Source of the DNA: Candidatus Parcubacteria bacterium
Lineage (GTDB): Bacteria > Patescibacteriota > Minisyncoccia > Phycocordibacterales > JAKAEA01
Direction: 5' to 3'
Assembly: GCA_019661945.1 (NCBI GenBank)
Contig: JAIFWI010000002.1
Location: forward strand, 763-64,762
Length of the DNA stretch: 64,000 bases
Of the stretch, positions 49,215 to 59,461 are shown piece by piece (position 1 is the stretch's first letter; the number at the start of each line of letters is the position of its first letter). Below the pieces are notes generated by a model. That model saw only the letters and a list, made by a program, of their open reading frames with translations. It was not told where the DNA came from and made no database searches. A program made the translations under genes and the position numbers.

Positions 49215-49994
49215 ATGATCGAAATTAAGAATGTCACTAAAAAGTACGGGGACTTCACGGCAGTAGATAATATCTCTCTCAACGTCGAGAAAGGCGACGT
49301 CTTTGCCTTTCTCGGGCCAAACGGAGCAGGCAAGACTACTACGATTAAAATGCTGACAACGCTTTTAAATCCAACCAGCGGTGAAATATATCTTGATGGT
49401 CACAATGTGATGGAAAAACCATCCGAGACCCGAAAATCATTTGGTATTGTTTTTCAAGATCCAAGTCTCGACAATGAATTAACCGCATACGAAAATATGC
49501 AATTTCACGCCATTCTTTATGGTATTTCAAAAGACGTCTACATTGATCGGATTAAAAAATTGCTTGAGCTTGTTGAACTAACTGATCGCAAGGATTCGTA
49601 TGTTAAAACATTTTCCGGTGGCATGAAACGCCGTTTGGAAATTGCACGCGGCCTCCTGCATCATCCGAAAGTTCTATTTCTTGATGAGCCCACCATTGGT
49701 CTCGATCCCCAGACCCGAAATCATATTTGGAATTATGTAAAGAAATTAAACGAAGAAGAGAAGGTGACAATCTTTTTCACCACCCACCACATGGAAGAAG
49801 TGGAGCGCTACGGCCACACTATAGCCATTATTGACCACGGTAAAATTATTGAGCAAGGTACAATAGACGAAATCCGTAAGAAAGCCGGCACCGACAGCAT
49901 TGAAGATGCCTTTATTAAGTTAACCGGCCGGCAAATTCGGGCAGAAGCGTCGAATTTTAGTAAAAGCACCTTACGAGGCTTTAGAGGAATGTAA
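49215..49994 (+). CDS. ABC transporter ATP-binding protein
   Basis: GPNGAGKTT, LSGGMKRRL, LFLDEPT. Confidence 0.9.
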   Translation: MIEIKNVTKKYGDFTAVDNISLNVEKGDVFAFLGPNGAGKTTTIKMLTTLLNPTSGEIYLDGHNVMEKPSETRKSFGIVFQDPSLDNELTAYENMQFHAILYGISKDVYIDRIKKLLELVELTDRKDSYVKTFSGGMKRRLEIARGLLHHPKVLFLDEPTIGLDPQTRNHIWNYVKKLNEEEKVTIFFTTHHMEEVERYGHTIAIIDHGKIIEQGTIDEIRKKAGTDSIEDAFIKLTGRQIRAEASNFSKSTLRGFRGM

Positions 49995-49998
49995 TTTT

Positions 49999-50745
49999 AT
50001 GCGAACTATTTATATTTTGTGGATTAGACAGTTAAAAAGATTTATTCGTAAGCGAGCGAGCCTTATCGGCGCCCTTGGCCAGCCTTTAATATTTTTGATA
50101 GCTTTCGGCTTTGGTTTAAGTCCTGTATTTGCTCGAGCCGGGCAGGGGAATTACATTCAGTTTATTGGTCCGGGTATTATTGCTATGACTATCCTTTTTA
50201 CTTCTATCTTTACCGGCACCGAAGTTATTTGGGATAAGCAATTTGGATTTTTGAAAGAAACATTCGTTGCGCCTGTATCTCGTTTTGAAATTCTGCTTGG
50301 TAAAACATTGGGAGGCGCAACCGTGGCTGCTATTCAAGGAATTCTAGTATTCTTTATTACTCTGGCAGTTGGTTTCCGACCGCACAGTTTAGTAATGCTG
50401 CCGCTGGCCTTGCTCTATCTCGTGCTCATTGCTGTTTTGTTCTCAGCAGTTGGCGTAGCTATTGCTGCTAGACTTGAAGATATGCAAGGTTTTCCGCTTA
50501 TTATTAACTTTGTCATTCAACCGCTCTTTTATCTTTCAAGCGCATTGTTTCCGGTTCAGGGTTTACCAAAAATTCTCGGATTTATTACTACTATTAATCC
50601 ACTATCATACGGCGTTGATGGTATGCGCTATGCCTTAAGCGGCAGTTCGCATTTTTCTCCATGGCTTAGTCTTGGTGTCCTCTCAGCATTCCTCATTGCA
50701 GCTCTGGCTGTAGGTATTTACCAATTTCGAAGGATTCAGTTATAA
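49999..50745 (+). CDS. ABC-2 family transporter permease
   Basis: 6 TM, follows the ATPase. Confidence 0.8.
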   Translation: MRTIYILWIRQLKRFIRKRASLIGALGQPLIFLIAFGFGLSPVFARAGQGNYIQFIGPGIIAMTILFTSIFTGTEVIWDKQFGFLKETFVAPVSRFEILLGKTLGGATVAAIQGILVFFITLAVGFRPHSLVMLPLALLYLVLIAVLFSAVGVAIAARLEDMQGFPLIINFVIQPLFYLSSALFPVQGLPKILGFITTINPLSYGVDGMRYALSGSSHFSPWLSLGVLSAFLIAALAVGIYQFRRIQL

Positions 50746-50787
50746 TAGTATTGTTGAGTTAGTTCATTACTAAGTAATTTTTTATAT

Positions 50788-51213
50788 ATGGGAGTTCCAA
50801 TAAATTATTGGGCAGTGTTGGTGGCAACACTGGTCAACATTGTTTTAGGATTTTTGTGGTATGGACCGATTTTTGGTAAAAAGTGGAGGAGACTCATGGG
50901 CATGACGATAGAGAGTATGGAGAAGATGAAAGCCAAGGGCATGACACAGAGCTATGTGCTTATGATCGTCGGCGCTTTGGTTATGAATTATGTATTGGCT
51001 CATGCCTTGGTTTTTGGTATGACCTACACCGGCATGTACGGAGTTGTTGGAGGCATGACTGGAGCATTTTACTATTGGCTCGGTTTTGCTGCGCCATTAA
51101 CCTTGAGTTCTGTAATGTGGGAAGGCAAGTCATGGAAATTGTGGTTCATTGATGCTGGCTACTATTTGGTGGCTCTTCTCATTGCTGGCGCAATCTTCGG
51201 ATACTGGGTGTAA
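50788..51213 (+). CDS. DUF1761-like membrane protein
   Basis: N-terminus [28 protein letters not shown]. Confidence 0.5.
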   Translation: MGVPINYWAVLVATLVNIVLGFLWYGPIFGKKWRRLMGMTIESMEKMKAKGMTQSYVLMIVGALVMNYVLAHALVFGMTYTGMYGVVGGMTGAFYYWLGFAAPLTLSSVMWEGKSWKLWFIDAGYYLVALLIAGAIFGYWV

Positions 51214-51776
51214 TGAAAATACGTCCACTTGTTTTGATTGTTCTCGGGCTTCTTATTATTCATGCTGGAATTTTATACTGGATGGGTCAAGTGCCGATCT
51301 GTAAGTGCGGCTATGTGAAATTGTGGCATGGTGTGGTTTCAAGTTCCGAAAACTCTCAACATCTGACTGACTGGTATACGTTTTCTCATATTATTCACGG
51401 TTTTGTTTTCTACTTTTTCTTGTGGCTCATTAACAAAAAATGGCCGATACCATGGCAGATGCGATTATTGATTGCCATTGGTGTTGAAATGGCTTGGGAG
51501 ATTTTTGAAAATACTGATTTTATTATTAATCGCTATAGGGAAGTAACTATTTCACTTGATTATTACGGTGACAGTATTATTAATTCTGTGGCAGATATTG
51601 TGGCAATGATCGTTGGATTCTTGGCAGTGCGAAAAATGCCAATTTGGCTGACTATTCTTTTGATAATTGGCATGGAAGTTTTCGTTGGATATTATATTCG
51701 CGATAATTTAACCCTCAATATTATTATGCTCATCTATCCACTTGAATCAATTCGAGTTTGGCAAATGGCTGGGTAA
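51213..51776 (+). CDS. Hypothetical membrane protein
   Basis: 187 aa, 4-5 TM. Confidence 0.45.
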   Translation: MKIRPLVLIVLGLLIIHAGILYWMGQVPICKCGYVKLWHGVVSSSENSQHLTDWYTFSHIIHGFVFYFFLWLINKKWPIPWQMRLLIAIGVEMAWEIFENTDFIINRYREVTISLDYYGDSIINSVADIVAMIVGFLAVRKMPIWLTILLIIGMEVFVGYYIRDNLTLNIIMLIYPLESIRVWQMAG

Positions 51777-51801
51777 TAAAAAACAACTCTCTCGAGTTGC
51801 C

Positions 51802-52506
51802 TTACGTATACGTATACGGATACTGATCGATGTCGTACCTTTCGGGTACTTGGAGCGATGTGGGATCTTTTCCGTCCCAACTGATGAGACCTTGAACCAC
51901 CATGTTGGTGATGCCAGGCTGATGCTGATGCTCAACTTTGTTTACGTTTGCTGCCAGCGTTTCGGCAGTATCTTCAGGTGAGATATGCACGAAATGTCGG
52001 AAGAAGACTGGGCCGACGTCGTACTGAGTCTTGTCATCGGACGAAGTTTCACTGACGAAGTGCATGCAAGCGGCAGAGTGAGTAATCACTTTACGTCTGT
52101 ACGCCTCAATACTGGCTTCGTGGACATGATGCCCGAACATGTTATGACCACCGAAGTGATCAGGCCGCCCAGGCATTGTCAGATTCCCTGGATGGATGTT
52201 AATCGTTATCCGAGGATCATGACCAGATATGAGCTTGAGCCATCCTGTCAAAGCAACAAGATCAGGCTCGTACCTCTGGAAAATTCCTCGGTATTCTTCC
52301 TCAATGTAGGGACCTTGGAAAGGGATGAATGGAATTCCTAAGCGATCTGCTCTGACTCGGACACCTCCATTGGGATAGTTGCAAACCACCCCAATGATCT
52401 TTGCCTGAAGTGTCCCATTTTTGGTTGCTTCAAACAGCTTCTCCAATCCTGAACCACCACTTGTGGGTGTTCCAGAAGCCAAACCGAGTATGCGTGGTAA
52501 GCTCAT
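51802..52506 (-). CDS. Formyltransferase-domain protein (PurN/GAR transformylase-like), moderately GC-rich
   Basis: KIIGVVCNYP..., EPDLVALTGWLKLI, INIHPGNL (HxSLLP-like); AGGAG RBS. Confidence 0.55.
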   Translation of the reverse strand: MSLPRILGLASGTPTSGGSGLEKLFEATKNGTLQAKIIGVVCNYPNGGVRVRADRLGIPFIPFQGPYIEEEYRGIFQRYEPDLVALTGWLKLISGHDPRITINIHPGNLTMPGRPDHFGGHNMFGHHVHEASIEAYRRKVITHSAACMHFVSETSSDDKTQYDVGPVFFRHFVHISPEDTAETLAANVNKVEHQHQPGITNMVVQGLISWDGKDPTSLQVPERYDIDQYPYTYT

Positions 52507-52575
52507 GGCGAGCTCCTTCCTGTAAAAGGCCTAGGGTCTATCGATATAGTAATCAAATATATGTAATTTGCAAAT

Positions 52576-52608
52576 AAAAACGCCCCGCAAGAGGCGGGGC
52601 GTTTTTTT
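52576..52608. terminator. Strong bidirectional terminator (aaaaacgccccgc aaga gcggggcgttttttt)
   Basis: Read directly. Confidence 0.8.
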
Positions 52609-52616
52609 AGGAGTGA

Positions 52617-52802
52617 TTACATCATTTCTTCATCCTCGCTTGATTCAGTTCCGGTACGGCCTTCTTCAGCGGTTGAACCTTCCTCAGATGGTCGGCCACC
52701 GCTGTGGCTTGCCTTACCTCCTTCACTTGCGACACGCTTTCGGGTTTCTTCATCAGCAGAAGCTAATCCTCGCTTGCTGTTTTTGTTTTCGTCATTATTC
52801 AT
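52617..52802 (-). CDS. KGG-repeat stress-induced small protein
   Basis: 61 aa hydrophilic; RVASEGGKASHSGG pattern. Confidence 0.5.
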   Translation of the reverse strand: MNNDENKNSKRGLASADEETRKRVASEGGKASHSGGRPSEEGSTAEEGRTGTESSEDEEMM

Positions 52803-52984
52803 AAGAATAGATATTAAAATTTATAACGAGAATCTGTGTTCCAAACATTTGTTCAGAACGAAACTACAGACGGCAGCACTCTCGGCTTCTTACCTTGTTG
52901 AGGTATGTAAGAAAGCTGGGCGTCGTTCGTTGTTAAAAACGGGACTGCTCTTTATTTATTAGTACATAATACTAAAAAAATTAT

Positions 52985-53320
52985 ATGACAAGGTTCATAG
53001 CGCTCGGAACATTATCCCTTGTGGTTGCACTGTCACTTGTCGTAGTTCCACTTGTTAATGCCCAGACTTTTGACAATTATACAAGTGCATCTCCGACGGT
53101 TAGTGCTTCACCATCAGTAAGTGCCTCACCGACCATGAGTGCATCTCCGTCAGTAAGCTCAAGCCCTAGTACAAGGGGTGCTACATCAAACAGCACGACA
53201 TCACCAGGTTTGCCAAATACAGGAGTGGGCGGTGAAGCAGCAAAGAATTTGAGTATCTTGCTTGCATCAGGATTAGTTGTTGTTGGAGGCATCATCCTTC
53301 TTTCACGACGAATGGCCTAA
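52985..53320 (+). CDS. Small LPXTG-anchored surface protein with SASPxVS repeats
   Basis: Signal peptide; LPNTG plus hydrophobic stretch plus SRRMA tail. Confidence 0.7.
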   Translation: MTRFIALGTLSLVVALSLVVVPLVNAQTFDNYTSASPTVSASPSVSASPTMSASPSVSSSPSTRGATSNSTTSPGLPNTGVGGEAAKNLSILLASGLVVVGGIILLSRRMA

Positions 53321-53400
53321 TGTACGTTTGGTATAGCGGCAAATAACCGTCCCTTCGACTATGCAGAGGACGGTTATTTGTTGCAATAGCAATAGATAGT

Positions 53401-54003
53401 ATGAAAAGAGGTATACGATTTTCAACAATTTTTATCGGGTTTATCACATTATGGGGTCTGGCACTTTTTGTCGGCACCATTCAACGTGCCACAAGCTCAC
53501 CGATTCTCGAACCGGAGGTAGAAATGTCGGAGCAGTATTATTCTATTTCAACTGAAGCTCGGCCCAAGGCTTTGAGTATTCCACGGCTTGAAGTGGATGC
53601 CCAAGTTCAACATGTTGGTATGGCTCGAAGCGGTCGGATGGCCGTGCCGACAAACTATACTGATGTCGGTTGGTATCGTTACGGTGTGAGTCCAGGACAA
53701 AGCGGCAATGCTGTATTTGCCGGCCACCTTGATAATGGGTTTGGCCGGCCTGGAGTTTTTAATCGACTTCAGGAACTTGAGGTAAACGATGATATTTTTA
53801 TTACTAATGAAGATGGGCAGAGATTACATTTTAAAGTTATGAAGACAGAACAGCTATCAGCCGATACATTTTCGACATCATCTGTCTTCACTGGTGATAA
53901 CGGAGCGTTTATAAAACTCATTACCTGCGAAGGACAATGGGATTCCGCTACAAAAACATATTCGGAACGGCTGGTCATTACTGCTCGTCTTATTCCAGAC
54001 TAG
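53401..54003 (+). CDS. Sortase (transpeptidase)
   Basis: N-terminal TM; catalytic His in AGH, TLxTC-like LITCEG, conserved Arg. Confidence 0.8.
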   Translation: MKRGIRFSTIFIGFITLWGLALFVGTIQRATSSPILEPEVEMSEQYYSISTEARPKALSIPRLEVDAQVQHVGMARSGRMAVPTNYTDVGWYRYGVSPGQSGNAVFAGHLDNGFGRPGVFNRLQELEVNDDIFITNEDGQRLHFKVMKTEQLSADTFSTSSVFTGDNGAFIKLITCEGQWDSATKTYSERLVITARLIPD

Positions 54004-54671
54004 TCGCGATCAATTTTATACCCCCGACCTGGAATGGTGTGAATGAGTTTTGATTTTCTGCGTGTATCTATTTTTTTGCGAATATTTAAGATATGAGCTT
54101 CAATTGTATTTGAGAACGGATCGGTCTCGGCATTCCAGACATGTTCCATAATCATGCCTCGTGAGATGACGATACCCTTATGGCGCATTAAATACTCTAG
54201 AAGAGAGAATTCCTTGCGGGTTAAATAAACACTTTTTTCACCTCGGGTCACTTTTTGTTTGGGAATATCGACAATAAGATCATCAAGGGTCAGAATGTCA
54301 GGTGCGAGAATTGTCGGTCGACGCATCAGTGCCCGAATCCGAGCCATCAGTTCCCGAAAAGAGAAAGGCTTACTCATATAATCATCTGCGCCGGCATTCA
54401 AGAGTCTAATTTTTTCTTGAGCATCAGCCATAACTGAGAGCATCATGATCGGTGTCGTCTTACCGGCAGCCCGAATATCAGTACAAATTGTGCAGCCATC
54501 TTTCTTTGGTAAAGCAACGTCAAGAAGAATAATGTCATAATCATTAGTTCGAGCCATATATGAACCTTTTTCGCCATCTGAAGCACTATCAACAGCAAAA
54601 CTCTCAGCCTCAAGGCTCTGCTTTAGGGAGTCTCGGATCTCTGGGTCGTCTTCAACGATAAGAATACGCAT
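54000..54671 (-). CDS. OmpR-family two-component response regulator (REC plus winged helix)
   Basis: MRILIVEDDPEI...; C-terminal GRGYKI. Confidence 0.9.
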   Translation of the reverse strand: MRILIVEDDPEIRDSLKQSLEAESFAVDSASDGEKGSYMARTNDYDIILLDVALPKKDGCTICTDIRAAGKTTPIMMLSVMADAQEKIRLLNAGADDYMSKPFSFRELMARIRALMRRPTILAPDILTLDDLIVDIPKQKVTRGEKSVYLTRKEFSLLEYLMRHKGIVISRGMIMEHVWNAETDPFSNTIEAHILNIRKKIDTRRKSKLIHTIPGRGYKIDRD

Positions 54672-54851
54672 ATCACTATATAAACACGAATTTTAAAAAA
54701 AGCCAGGAACGGTTGGGGAAGGGTCTTCATAAAGATTTTATCTCGTGTTAAGGCCGTGGTTCAGGGTATGGGATTTACAGCAGTTCATGAGTATTTTCTT
54801 CTGAGGTTCTACGCAAGTTTTCCACACTTTGGCGTCATTTTCTAATGTACA

Positions 54852-57770
54852 ATGGAACATACTATGAGTATTTCAATCACCAAGACAGACGGCACCCGAG
54901 TGGCATTTAATGCAGATCGAATTAACCGGTCAATTGAGCGGGCATGTAAGGGGCTGACCAATCCGATTGCTATGGTTACGCAGATTGCGACCGAAACACA
55001 ATTAACGTTGTACGATGGCATCACCGAAGAAGAAATGGATTTTGCGACAATCAATGCTGCTGTTCAAAACATTAAAGAAGATATTGAATATGACAGGGTA
55101 GCAACAAGACTTCTCCTTAAAACAATTTACCGAAAGGTAGTTGGTGATTACGACAAAGATAATCCGGAAGAATTACGTCAGAAACATCGTAATGGATTTA
55201 TTTCCTATGTTAAAAGCGGTGTAGCCAATAAACGCCTCCATCCAGACATGATTGAAAAATATGATTTAGATATATTGGCGAATGCCTTGAAGCCTGAACG
55301 TGATGAACTTTTTAAGTATGCAGGTATTGATGGTTTGATGAATCGCTATGGACTTAAGGATATGAAGCAGCAACCACTCGAGACTCCTCAATATATTTTT
55401 ATGCGTATTGCTATGGGGTTGAGCTACCATGAGGATAATCCAACCCAGTGGGCTATAAAGTTCTACAATAAAATGTCGAAGCATGAGTATCTTGCTGGCG
55501 GTTCAACTAATTTAGGTGCAGGTACGGTTAGACCGGCATTATCAAACTGCTTCTTGCTTGAAATTCATGACAATATGGAGCATATCGCTAAGTCTGTTTC
55601 TGATGTCATGCTTTTGTCAAAAGGTTCAGGCGGCATTGGGGCTTCAGTGACAAAACTTCGGGCTGCTGGTTCACCACTCCGAAAAAACTTTGGTGGTGTT
55701 TCTACTGGTCCAACACCGTATGCAAAAATTATCGATACTGCTATTAGAGCAATTCAGCGTGGCGGTAAGAAAAAAGGTGCCCTCTGTTTTTACATGGAAA
55801 ATTGGCACCTTGATTTTCCGGAATTCATAGATTGGAAGCATAATGCCGGTGATGATTATCTTCGCATGCGTACCGCCAACACTGCTGTCTTTATGTCCGA
55901 TGAGTTTATGCGCCGGGTTCAGAAGGGCGAGGATTGGTATATGTTTGATCCGGTAGAGACGCCTGATCTTAATGAACTCTATGGTCAAGCATTTAGTGCT
56001 CGCTATCGAGAATACACAGAAATGGCAGATGCAGGGAAGCTTCGAACCTATAAAAGAGTGCCGGCGCAGGAGCAATTCAGGCAGATTTTAGTGGCCATGC
56101 AAACAACGTCGCACCCATGGCTGACCTGGAAAGACACTATTAACCTACGCGCGCTCAACAACAATACCGGTACGATCCACATGTCTAACCTTTGTACCGA
56201 AATTTGTCTGCCGCAAGATGAAGAAAATGTTGCTGTATGTAATCTAGCATCACTAAATCTTGCTGCCCATGTCTTTAATAAAGAAATAAATTGGGCTAAG
56301 CTTGAAGACTCAGTTCGAACTGCCGTTCGCCAACTTGATAACCTGATTGATATTAATGTGCTGCCTATTCCTGAAGCTGAAAAATCAGACAAAGAAAATC
56401 GGGCTATAGGTCTTGGTATCATGGGATTTTCGGATACGATTGAACAATTAGGCATGTCATATGATTCAGAACACGCTTGGGACTTTGCTGATCGAATCTT
56501 TGAATTTATCAGTTATATGGCTATTGATGAGAGCGCAAACCTAGCCGAAACACGCGGCAGTTATAGTCATTTCAGGGGTTCCGGTTGGTCAAAGGGAATG
56601 GTACCGATTGATAGTATAAAACAAGTAGAGGAAGATCGAGGACGGGCACTGACTGTTGCTAAGGAAAGCCGTCACAAAGGTCTCAATTGGGATATTCTGC
56701 GAGCTAAAGTTAGAAAAGGTATGAGAAATGCAACATTAATGGCCGTCGCTCCTAATGCCAATATCGGTCTTGTAGCTGGTACTACACCGGGTATTGATCC
56801 GCGCTTTGCCCAAGTTTTCTCTCGCAATAAAATTTCCGGTAAATATCTTGACCTTAATCACAACTTAGTTAAAGATCTAAAGAATATGGGTATTTGGGAA
56901 AAGGTCAGGGAGCAAATTGTCGAAAATCAGGGAGATATCTCAGATATTAATGCTATTCCGCAGCATATTAAGGATGTGTATAAAACATCTTTTACCACTT
57001 CACCTTATGCCTACATTGAAGTTGCCGCTCGAGCCCAAAAATGGGTTGATCAGGCATTGTCGAGAAATATGTATCTCGAAACGCGTGATATTGATGAAAC
57101 AATGCGTATCTATCAGACCGCTTGGGACAAGGGCTTGAAAACTACCTACTATCTGCACATGAAACCACGACACAGTGCTGAGCAGAGTACGGTTGCGGTT
57201 AATAAGTCTCAGAAAATGGGCCGAGTCGGATTCGGAGCAGTCAGAAAGCAAGCAGATATTGCGCCAATGTCATTTGCTTCACCATTGCAGAAAACAATTG
57301 ATATGACTCCAGCGGTTATGGATGAATCGGCTGAAGTTTCTTCAGAACCTCATGTAGAAGAAAACCTAGGCGGCTTATTTGAAAAGGCAGCGCCAGCGGC
57401 ATCTTCATCTCCGCTTGCTTCAGCTACAGCTCACACCACTCCAGTCATGACTGCTCCAGAAATTCGAACTCCGGCGCCTGCTCATACTGCCGAGAAAAAA
57501 ACGCAGGGTTTTAATCAGCCGAAAGCACAGCATCAAGCTCCAGCTGCATTGCCCAAGACAAAAGGTTTTGTCTCACTCGAGAACTTAAAAAAGAATACAC
57601 ATAAAAACAATCAAAATAACCACAAACAGGGGAATAATAAGCAACAACACAAACATCAGCCGCATCAGCAAAATAAATCAGAGTCAAAAAATACTAAGCC
57701 ACACATTTACCGCTCAGCCTCCGGTCCTACTGACCCTGCCGACGCCAACATCTGCGACGATTGCCAGTAA
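54852..57770 (+). CDS. nrdA: Class I ribonucleotide reductase alpha subunit with ATP-cone and an unusually long basic Q/N/H-rich C-terminal tail ending CDDCQ
   Basis: ATP-cone ITKTDGTRVAF; active-site region NLCTEI; C-terminal Cys pair. Confidence 0.9.
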   Translation: MEHTMSISITKTDGTRVAFNADRINRSIERACKGLTNPIAMVTQIATETQLTLYDGITEEEMDFATINAAVQNIKEDIEYDRVATRLLLKTIYRKVVGDYDKDNPEELRQKHRNGFISYVKSGVANKRLHPDMIEKYDLDILANALKPERDELFKYAGIDGLMNRYGLKDMKQQPLETPQYIFMRIAMGLSYHEDNPTQWAIKFYNKMSKHEYLAGGSTNLGAGTVRPALSNCFLLEIHDNMEHIAKSVSDVMLLSKGSGGIGASVTKLRAAGSPLRKNFGGVSTGPTPYAKIIDTAIRAIQRGGKKKGALCFYMENWHLDFPEFIDWKHNAGDDYLRMRTANTAVFMSDEFMRRVQKGEDWYMFDPVETPDLNELYGQAFSARYREYTEMADAGKLRTYKRVPAQEQFRQILVAMQTTSHPWLTWKDTINLRALNNNTGTIHMSNLCTEICLPQDEENVAVCNLASLNLAAHVFNKEINWAKLEDSVRTAVRQLDNLIDINVLPIPEAEKSDKENRAIGLGIMGFSDTIEQLGMSYDSEHAWDFADRIFEFISYMAIDESANLAETRGSYSHFRGSGWSKGMVPIDSIKQVEEDRGRALTVAKESRHKGLNWDILRAKVRKGMRNATLMAVAPNANIGLVAGTTPGIDPRFAQVFSRNKISGKYLDLNHNLVKDLKNMGIWEKVREQIVENQGDISDINAIPQHIKDVYKTSFTTSPYAYIEVAARAQKWVDQALSRNMYLETRDIDETMRIYQTAWDKGLKTTYYLHMKPRHSAEQSTVAVNKSQKMGRVGFGAVRKQADIAPMSFASPLQKTIDMTPAVMDESAEVSSEPHVEENLGGLFEKAAPAASSSPLASATAHTTPVMTAPEIRTPAPAHTAEKKTQGFNQPKAQHQAPAALPKTKGFVSLENLKKNTHKNNQNNHKQGNNKQQHKHQPHQQNKSESKNTKPHIYRSASGPTDPADANICDDCQ

Positions 57771-57780
57771 AATTAAAAAA

Positions 57781-58020
57781 TCAGGCTGCTTGTTTCCTAG
57801 ACAAGTGCTTGTATGCTTGGATGAATTTTACTATTTCGAGTTGGGTGAATGAGCGGTGGAGGAAGAGGGGAAGGTTGTGATTTTTGAGGTAGGTGAGGGT
57901 AGAACGCTCGGCTATGGGCTTAATAAAAGCCCTTAATTTGCGGCGTTTTTGGATTACAGGCAATAAATCCCGAGTATCCTCAGCTGTCAGGAGATCGGCA
58001 TTAGCTTTTGGGGTTTCCAT
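57781..58020 (-). CDS. Doubtful small ORF between nrdA and nrdB
   Basis: 79 aa ORF only; AGGAG immediately adjacent to the ATG (poor spacing). Confidence 0.2.
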   Translation of the reverse strand: METPKANADLLTAEDTRDLLPVIQKRRKLRAFIKPIAERSTLTYLKNHNLPLFLHRSFTQLEIVKFIQAYKHLSRKQAA

Positions 58021-58160
58021 ACTCCTATAGATGGTTTTTTAAGCGTTCTCTTACATTCTCTGCTTCAGACCACATTCGAGAGTATCGTGCAATGTTTCTT
58101 TCACGAGTCTCATCGTCTATAATATAACGACCTTTACATTTATCAGTAATTACTACCCCT

Positions 58161-59183
58161 ATGCCACTTATTGGAAAACCATCACCTGAAGACACAAATT
58201 TACATCCATTTCACTACAAGTGGGCTTATGATTTATATAATCAAGCTGTCAGAAACACCTGGTTCCCACATGAAATTGCTTTGAAAGAAGATATTGATGA
58301 TTGGCATAAGATGACTGATGATGAGCGCCATGCCGTAAAGTTTCTGATGGCTTTTTTTAATCCTGCCGAGCTTATTGTCAACCGCTCAATTGCGCTGGGT
58401 ATTTATCCATACTTGAAATCTCCAGAGTGTCACTTGTATCTTGCAAAACAAATGTGGGAAGAGGCCAATCACTGCGTCGCTTTTGAATATGTTTTAGAAA
58501 CATTTCCCTTTGATCGAAATACTATTTATACTATTCACCTAGATACGCCTTCGATGCAAGCCAAAGAGAATTTCATTACGACCTACATGCGTCGGATGAC
58601 TGAGGAAACACTTGATATCGAAACAACAGAAGGTAAAAAAGATTTCATTAGAAATCTTGTGGCCACAAACATTGTCATGGAAGGTATTTGGTTCTACTCA
58701 GGTTTTATGGTAGCCCTTTCATTTCGTCAGCGCAATCAATTACGAAACTTTGGCTCAATGATTAACTGGGTCATCCGAGATGAATCATTGCACTTAAAAT
58801 TTGGTATTAATCTCGTCCACAATATTTTGGAAGAAAATCAGGAACTTTTGACCGAAGAATTTGCCGAGGAAATCCGCCAGCTGGTGATTGAGGGAGTAAA
58901 TCTCGAAGTAAATTATAATAAAGATCTCTTTCCAAACGGTATTCTTGGCCTCAATGCCGACTATGTAAACCAATATGTGCAATATGTCGCTGATCGACGT
59001 TTGGAAGAACTTGGTTTGCCAAAGCACTATAATGTCACTAATCCGGCTAAGTGGATGGCTACCTCAACTGATGTTTTTGAATTGGTAAACTTTTTTGAAG
59101 CTCAGAACACAAGTTATGAAGTTGATGCCCGAGCTCATGGCAAAGAAAAGAAAAAAGAAACTCCAGCACCTACAGCTGAATAG
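58161..59183 (+). CDS. nrdB: Class Ia ribonucleotide reductase beta subunit
   Basis: Ferritin-like E..H ligands (EEANHCVAFEY), radical Tyr in IWFYSGF. Confidence 0.9.
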   Translation: MPLIGKPSPEDTNLHPFHYKWAYDLYNQAVRNTWFPHEIALKEDIDDWHKMTDDERHAVKFLMAFFNPAELIVNRSIALGIYPYLKSPECHLYLAKQMWEEANHCVAFEYVLETFPFDRNTIYTIHLDTPSMQAKENFITTYMRRMTEETLDIETTEGKKDFIRNLVATNIVMEGIWFYSGFMVALSFRQRNQLRNFGSMINWVIRDESLHLKFGINLVHNILEENQELLTEEFAEEIRQLVIEGVNLEVNYNKDLFPNGILGLNADYVNQYVQYVADRRLEELGLPKHYNVTNPAKWMATSTDVFELVNFFEAQNTSYEVDARAHGKEKKKETPAPTAE

Positions 59184-59200
59184 CTATTGTAAATTCAGAT

Positions 59201-59422
59201 TTGGTGTGGTATAGTATCAACGCTATGTCACCTGGCCGAATACTCTTTTTCATTTTAATGCCAATCTATGTACCATTGGCTCTCTTTGTGAATGGAACCT
59301 ATAACTGGTGGGTAAGTCTTTCAAATCGCCGCATACTTTTTTTTATTTTGTTGCCGATTTACGTACCACTCTCCCTTTTCCTCAATTGGACCTTTGAATG
59401 GTGGACGAAGTTGTCTGAGTAG
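59201..59422 (+). CDS. Small membrane protein made of two tandem approximately 33-aa repeats (RILFFILMPIYVPL...NWW)
   Basis: Protein-level and nucleotide-level tandem duplication read directly. Confidence 0.4.
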   Translation: MVWYSINAMSPGRILFFILMPIYVPLALFVNGTYNWWVSLSNRRILFFILLPIYVPLSLFLNWTFEWWTKLSE

Positions 59423-59461
59423 CTTGCTCCAGGCTTTGGCTTATGCCACAATAGGAAAACT

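Noticed and set aside
54672-54690. NrdR-box-like sequence tcactatataaacac
   Set aside because: Only a half-site-like match, located 180 nt upstream of nrdA and abutting the divergent regulator start; insufficient
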